Below, one piece after another: positions 59,195 through 64,000 of a stretch of DNA of 64,000 nt. The stretch comes from Rebecca billardiae RCC1528 (taxonomy: Eukaryota > Protista > Haptophyta): positions 1,488,001 through 1,552,000 of the forward strand of contig OZ251235.1 of NCBI GenBank assembly GCA_965240325.2. Direction: 5' to 3'. A program made the position numbers and the translations under genes. Within the stretch, counting starts at the first letter, position 1, and each line of letters starts with the position of its first letter. Below the pieces are notes generated by a model. It was given only the letters and a program-made list of their open reading frames with translations, was not told the DNA's origin and made no database searches.

Positions 59195-61927
59195 GTTGGG
59201 CGCTTTTGCAGGCAAGGCCTGGGGGGCGGGAAGCACACGCTGCCTGCCCGCTGCCCCTGGGCTCCGTGCGTGCTACTCGAACGCGCCCTCACTCGAGGCG
59301 GGCATGGCCACGCCCCGCTACTGGGCTTTGGCCAGAGCGAGCGCCGTGCCGGCTGCAGCCGCCTCTCGCTCTGGCGGACCTGGCGGCTGTCTGAGCGTGT
59401 CACCTTGGAGTGGCGGCACCTCCAGCCTGCGGTGCCGGTCGACAGATGTCAGCGTCACGTGTGGCTATGGCGCTCAGTGGTGGTTGCCCCTATCGCATGC
59501 GGCTGGCGCAGGGCGTATGCGTGGTATCGGTGCTTAACGTGGCCTACGACCTTATGCGATTCAGACGACGTGCAGGCTTGCAGGATCCGATTACCGCGCG
59601 TGCGACCTGACGACGAATGCGACTACGACGGCCGACCGGGCCCGCCAGCGACCCGGGGGCGTCCTAGCTCTGATGACTGAGACGTATACTTGTGAGAGCC
59701 TGTCGGCACGGGCCGCGCCGCAACGCGGAGCATATACTTAATCAGTCTCAGCAGCCAGCTAATGCCTTCGGTCTCGGACGAACGCGGACAGTCAACGCAG
59801 ACAACGGTCCGCCCGGGCGGACCGCGGGTCCGGAGTACTGGCGCGGTCTCAGGGCCGTAGGCTGCTAGACCTAGTGGCAGTGCTAGTAACTCCTAGTGAT
59901 GCGCCGGTACTGCCGTGAGTGGGTTCGGATCAGACGACGACAATCACGCGATGACGGTACTGCTCATATTGAGCATTAGCTAAGCGTCGTCGTTACCGCT
60001 GACAGTCAGTAGTCACCTTACTGTCCGCATAAGCTACTAGGAGGTACAGGCTCAGGCCAGTCAGCCAGTCAGGGACCCGTGCCGCACTGCTCATGCTGTA
60101 CAGTACGGTCGTCGAGGGCTGACGTCGTCCGATCATGCAGTCAGGCGGCGTCCACCACTCCGCCCGAGGGCGGCCAGACAGCATCGGCTGATGCTGCCTA
60201 GTGCCTGTCAGCTCCGCCGACCCGCGCGTTCGGGCGCGCGCGCGGATGAGCTGCGCGGACGGATGTCGGATGGCTGAATGATCGGAGGATGCGGCCCGGC
60301 GGGCCGGCCCGATGCGGGCCGAATTTTCCGGCCCGGGCACGGTGCGGCATCAGTCCGCATCACTACGGCGCTCTCAGTTCGGTGACGGACACCGTGACTG
60401 ACGGTCTCCGCCGCGCCGTGCGCGCCGCCGGCCCGCGGGCAGTCACGCAGCAGGCGCGCGCAGCCAATTTTATTATTGTAATTTATTATCAAGCCAGTAA
60501 TATAAGCGCGGGATCTTAATATGCCGCGTGATTCCTCGTCGGCCCGATTGCCGAGTGGCTTATTATTAATAAATAATATTATATTATTTTTAAGTGAACG
60601 TCTCTGACAACATTATCTCCGTGTTCACGACAGTGTGTCGACAGTGATCACTGATCGGTTAACGGTTTCAGATGAGTCAGATCAGAGTGCGGGCCCGGCG
60701 GCAAACTCAATCAGACTAGCTATACTCAGTGATTATTATATTAAAGCTGATGTTATTAGTGCGGAACAGGACTAAGGACTTCCACGGAGCTAGCTGTACG
60801 GCACGTCAGTGTCTATATTGGCTATTGCTGCGCGCCATTTCAGACTAGTAGTTAATTAGGCACGACCGACGCTGTACTGACGACTTAACTAGGCGGGACT
60901 CAGGCACGCAACCTCTGAGGTGACCTCGACATTTGAATCCTCGCTCACCATACCGGGTCACACTCAGTCGTATGACACCCGTTCCACGGGGGCGCAGCAT
61001 CCGCATTCCGCAGTAGGACTGGAACTGTGCTGGTCAGCGCGCATGAACGCGGCGACCGTCCGGCGAGGCCGACACTGGGCCGACTCGGCGGATTGACGGT
61101 TGATGTATGAATCAGTAACTCGGGCTGCTCAGATTGAGCGGGAGCCCTATAAGGCGCCTGACACACCGCAGTTCCAACGGGTCTGTACCGCTGAGCTCAG
61201 GGGCCTCTTGGCTCTTCGGGGGATTTTGGCACTTGGCCGTGTGGGTGGGTGGGTTGGTGGGTCTGAACCATCTAGGCAGCGCACTCCGCTGGGCACGTTC
61301 AGTGCCGCAGTGGCATTCGATTCGCCGACGGCAGCGGCCCGGGCACAGCTGAGATCCAACTCATTAGCGACTTGTCAGTGCCATCGCGGGCGGAAGCCTG
61401 ACACGCGTAATTGTGGGTCGGGGCAGTCACCAAGGCCTAGTGCCGCAATACCTGACCCTCCCTCCCAGTGGTCCCGTCCTAGGGACGCGTCGTCGTACCA
61501 CCAGGCGGGGTCGCGGGAGGGGGCGCAGGGACGGTCGCGAGCCGGGTGCCACAAACTGACCATATCCAAGCGACGAGATCACGAGAACAGCGAGAGAAAA
61601 TCTCAACAAGGTAGAAATGCGTCAAAACGCCTCTCAGATCCGTCCGGGACGACTTGACCTTGACGAATGACGATGCGAGCGGCAAGATTTGTCGTATTGT
61701 ACCGCTTGGCGGAAACCGTGACGACGAACCTTCAACCCCTATGATAGTTCAGCTGCGCGATTCGTAGCGGATCGATGGAGCCGGACTCTGTTTTCTGATG
61801 AGTGCGTTTGTCGCGCGCGCTGCCCACGGCCGTCGGGACAGCCGCTCACGGAAAAGGCGGCTCCTTTGACCTTCCTCGCCCATTGCCGCGTGGCGACCGG
61901 GGCGCGCCAGGGTCATTTCCACCTGCA

Positions 61928-64000
61928 ATGCCGCTACAGCCACCGCAGCAGATGAAGATCGAGCTGCCCCCGTCATCGGGGCACCTCTCCCCCCCGTCCG
62001 CGGGCCACACGGCGCCGAGCAGCCCCTCGCGGCAGAATGGCGAGCGCAAACCTCGCCGGAGTGACCGGCCGAAACGCCACTCGGCCGAGGGGATAGCGAT
62101 GGACAGCCCTCAGCGGATGGGCCCGCCGCGGATCGCGGGCCTGCACGAGAATGGGTCGAACGGCCACGCCGATCGTCTGGCCTCGCCACCGCGCTCGCCC
62201 GCGATGTCGCGCGCTGAGGCGGGCGGGCGCAGCGTGCCCGACTCGCCCGCGCCGACGATGCGGCGCGGCGCGACGTACGGCTCCGGCCACGGGCACAGCG
62301 CGGCGGCGAAAGGGCACGGCGCCGGCGGCGAGGCGGGCAAGGGCCACGGCAGCGCGCACAAGATGGGCACGTTCCACGGCGTGCTCATGCCCACGTGCGA
62401 GAACATGTGGGGGGTGATCATCTTCTTGCGCTTCTACGTGATCGTCGGCAACGCGGGGCTCGGGCTGTCGGTGCTGATCGTGACGCTCTCGTTCCTCGTG
62501 GCGCTGCTCACGTCGCTCTCGCTCTCCGCCATCGCGACGTGCGGCACCTCGCACTCGCTGCAGGGCGTCTACCCCATGCTCGCGCGCGCGCTCGGACGCG
62601 AGATCGCGACGGCGATCGGCTTTGTCTACTTCCTCGGCGTCGTGTTCCTCGCGGTGCTCGAGTGCCTGGGCGCGTGCGAGGAGCTGTTCATGGTGAACCG
62701 CTCGCTGGGCGAGTTCCCGCTCGCCGTGCAGATGTGGGGCTCCATCTTCATGCTCTCGCTCACCGCGATGGTCGCGGGCGGCGTCAAGATGATTTCCCAC
62801 GCGGGGGTCGTATTCTTTCTGATCGTGCTGCTCACGCTGCTCGCGTTCTACGTGGGGCTGTTCGGCGCGCCGCACCTGCACGCGTTCGACGCGGAGCCGC
62901 ACCACGGGAAGCACTTCCACCTCGGCCTCTCCGCCGAGCACCTCGCCAACAACTTTGCGCCCGACTACCTGCCCGGCCACTCGTTCTCGTCGTCGCTCGC
63001 TCTCTTCTTCCCCTGCTTCACCGGCATCCTCTCGGGCGCGAACCGCGCGTCGTCGCTGGCGGACCCGTCGACGGCGATCCCGCACGGCACGATCGGCGCG
63101 ATCACGATCTCGTACGTCATGTACATGTCGTACATGTTCCTCTGGGCCGCCGTCGGCGAGCGCGAGTTCCTCCAGCTCGACCACGGCCAGCTCGACCTGC
63201 TGCTGTGGCCGTCGGTCAAGGTCGCGCAGATCGGCATCGTGCTCTCGTCGCTGGGGCAGGCGCTGCAGTGCCTGGTGGTCGCGCCGCGGCTGCTCGCGTC
63301 GATCGCGCAGGACCGCACGCTCCGCCCGCTCATCCCGCTCGCCGTGCGCACCGCGGGCGAGCCGAAGCGCGCGCTGCTGTTTGCGTACGTGGTCGGCGGG
63401 CTCTGCGTTCTGATTGGCTCGCTCGACCTGGTGGCGCCGCTGCTGTCGATGTGCTTCCTGCTGTGCTACTCGTTCATGAACCTGAACTGCTTCGTGCTCG
63501 ACGTGCTCAAGGACCCGCACTGGCGGCCCAAGTGGAAGTACTTCCACTGGAGCGTCGGCCTCGCCGGCTTTGTGCTGTGCACCGCGCTCATGTTCACCAT
63601 CAACTTTGTGTACGCGCTCATCGCGTGGCTGCTCGCGGCGGCCATCCTGATCTACATCCTGCGCAACAACGCCGAGCGCGACTGGGGCTCGGCGCTGCAC
63701 GGGCTGCGGTTCCAGGTGGCGGTGCGCTCGCTCGCCGCCATCGACATGGCCTCGCACCTCGACCGCTCCTGGAAGCCGCAGCTGCTGCTGCTCTACCAGC
63801 TGCGCGAGGAGGAGGACTCGGACGACCCCGAGCGGCGCGCGCTCAACCCGGGGCACACGCACAAGCTGATGTTCTCGATCGCGAACCAGCTGCGCCACGG
63901 CTCGGGGCTGATCATCGCGTGCGCGATCATCCCGCTGCTCCCCGACGAGAACGAGGACGACATCGAGACCGTCGAGTGGGCCGACGAGGAGCGCCGGCAG
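61928..64000 (+). CDS. Cation-chloride cotransporter (SLC12/CCC), runs off the window
   Basis: KMGTFHGVLMPTCENMWGVIIFLRF, FFPCFTGILSGANR, APRLL.SIA.D, WRPKWKYFHW, WKPQLL. Confidence 0.93.
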   Translation, partial: MPLQPPQQMKIELPPSSGHLSPPSAGHTAPSSPSRQNGERKPRRSDRPKRHSAEGIAMDSPQRMGPPRIAGLHENGSNGHADRLASPPRSPAMSRAEAGGRSVPDSPAPTMRRGATYGSGHGHSAAAKGHGAGGEAGKGHGSAHKMGTFHGVLMPTCENMWGVIIFLRFYVIVGNAGLGLSVLIVTLSFLVALLTSLSLSAIATCGTSHSLQGVYPMLARALGREIATAIGFVYFLGVVFLAVLECLGACEELFMVNRSLGEFPLAVQMWGSIFMLSLTAMVAGGVKMISHAGVVFFLIVLLTLLAFYVGLFGAPHLHAFDAEPHHGKHFHLGLSAEHLANNFAPDYLPGHSFSSSLALFFPCFTGILSGANRASSLADPSTAIPHGTIGAITISYVMYMSYMFLWAAVGEREFLQLDHGQLDLLLWPSVKVAQIGIVLSSLGQALQCLVVAPRLLASIAQDRTLRPLIPLAVRTAGEPKRALLFAYVVGGLCVLIGSLDLVAPLLSMCFLLCYSFMNLNCFVLDVLKDPHWRPKWKYFHWSVGLAGFVLCTALMFTINFVYALIAWLLAAAILIYILRNNAERDWGSALHGLRFQVAVRSLAAIDMASHLDRSWKPQLLLLYQLREEEDSDDPERRALNPGHTHKLMFSIANQLRHGSGLIIACAIIPLLPDENEDDIETVEWADEERRQ

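Overview
This is a very GC-rich eukaryotic nuclear window. It has spliceosomal introns (including one GC-AG intron) and a protein with an apparent bipartite plastid/thylakoid targeting peptide; a haptophyte-like alga is my inference. About 23 host genes sit in compact islands, often as head-to-head pairs: a DBP7-like DEAD-box helicase, a nucleotide-sugar transporter, LAMTOR5, PEX4, a SMIM14-like gene, a GT8, a double GT77, an HDAC, 14-3-3, a tropomodulin-like LRR protein, a cyclophilin, prohibitin, a RING-H2 E3, NAF1, ADF/cofilin, TFIP11 and an SLC12 transporter, among others. The islands are separated by microsatellite- and transposon-relic-rich spacers. The standout is an intact Ty1/copia element (12622-18726) with identical 401-bp LTRs inserted in a (TA)n tract. 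Its architecture is unusual: Gag and protease share ORF1, IN-RT-RH lies in the -1 frame behind a canonical G_GGA_AAC slippery site and a strong RNA structure, the integrase lacks the HHCC zinc ligands, there is no canonical TGG primer-binding site, and the LTR carries splice signals. Also notable are an RT-less ORF1-only retroposon with a 7-bp TSD, a mariner/Stowaway-like relic, and repeat copies that appear to decay through short tandem micro-duplications. All calls are by eye; no searches were run.
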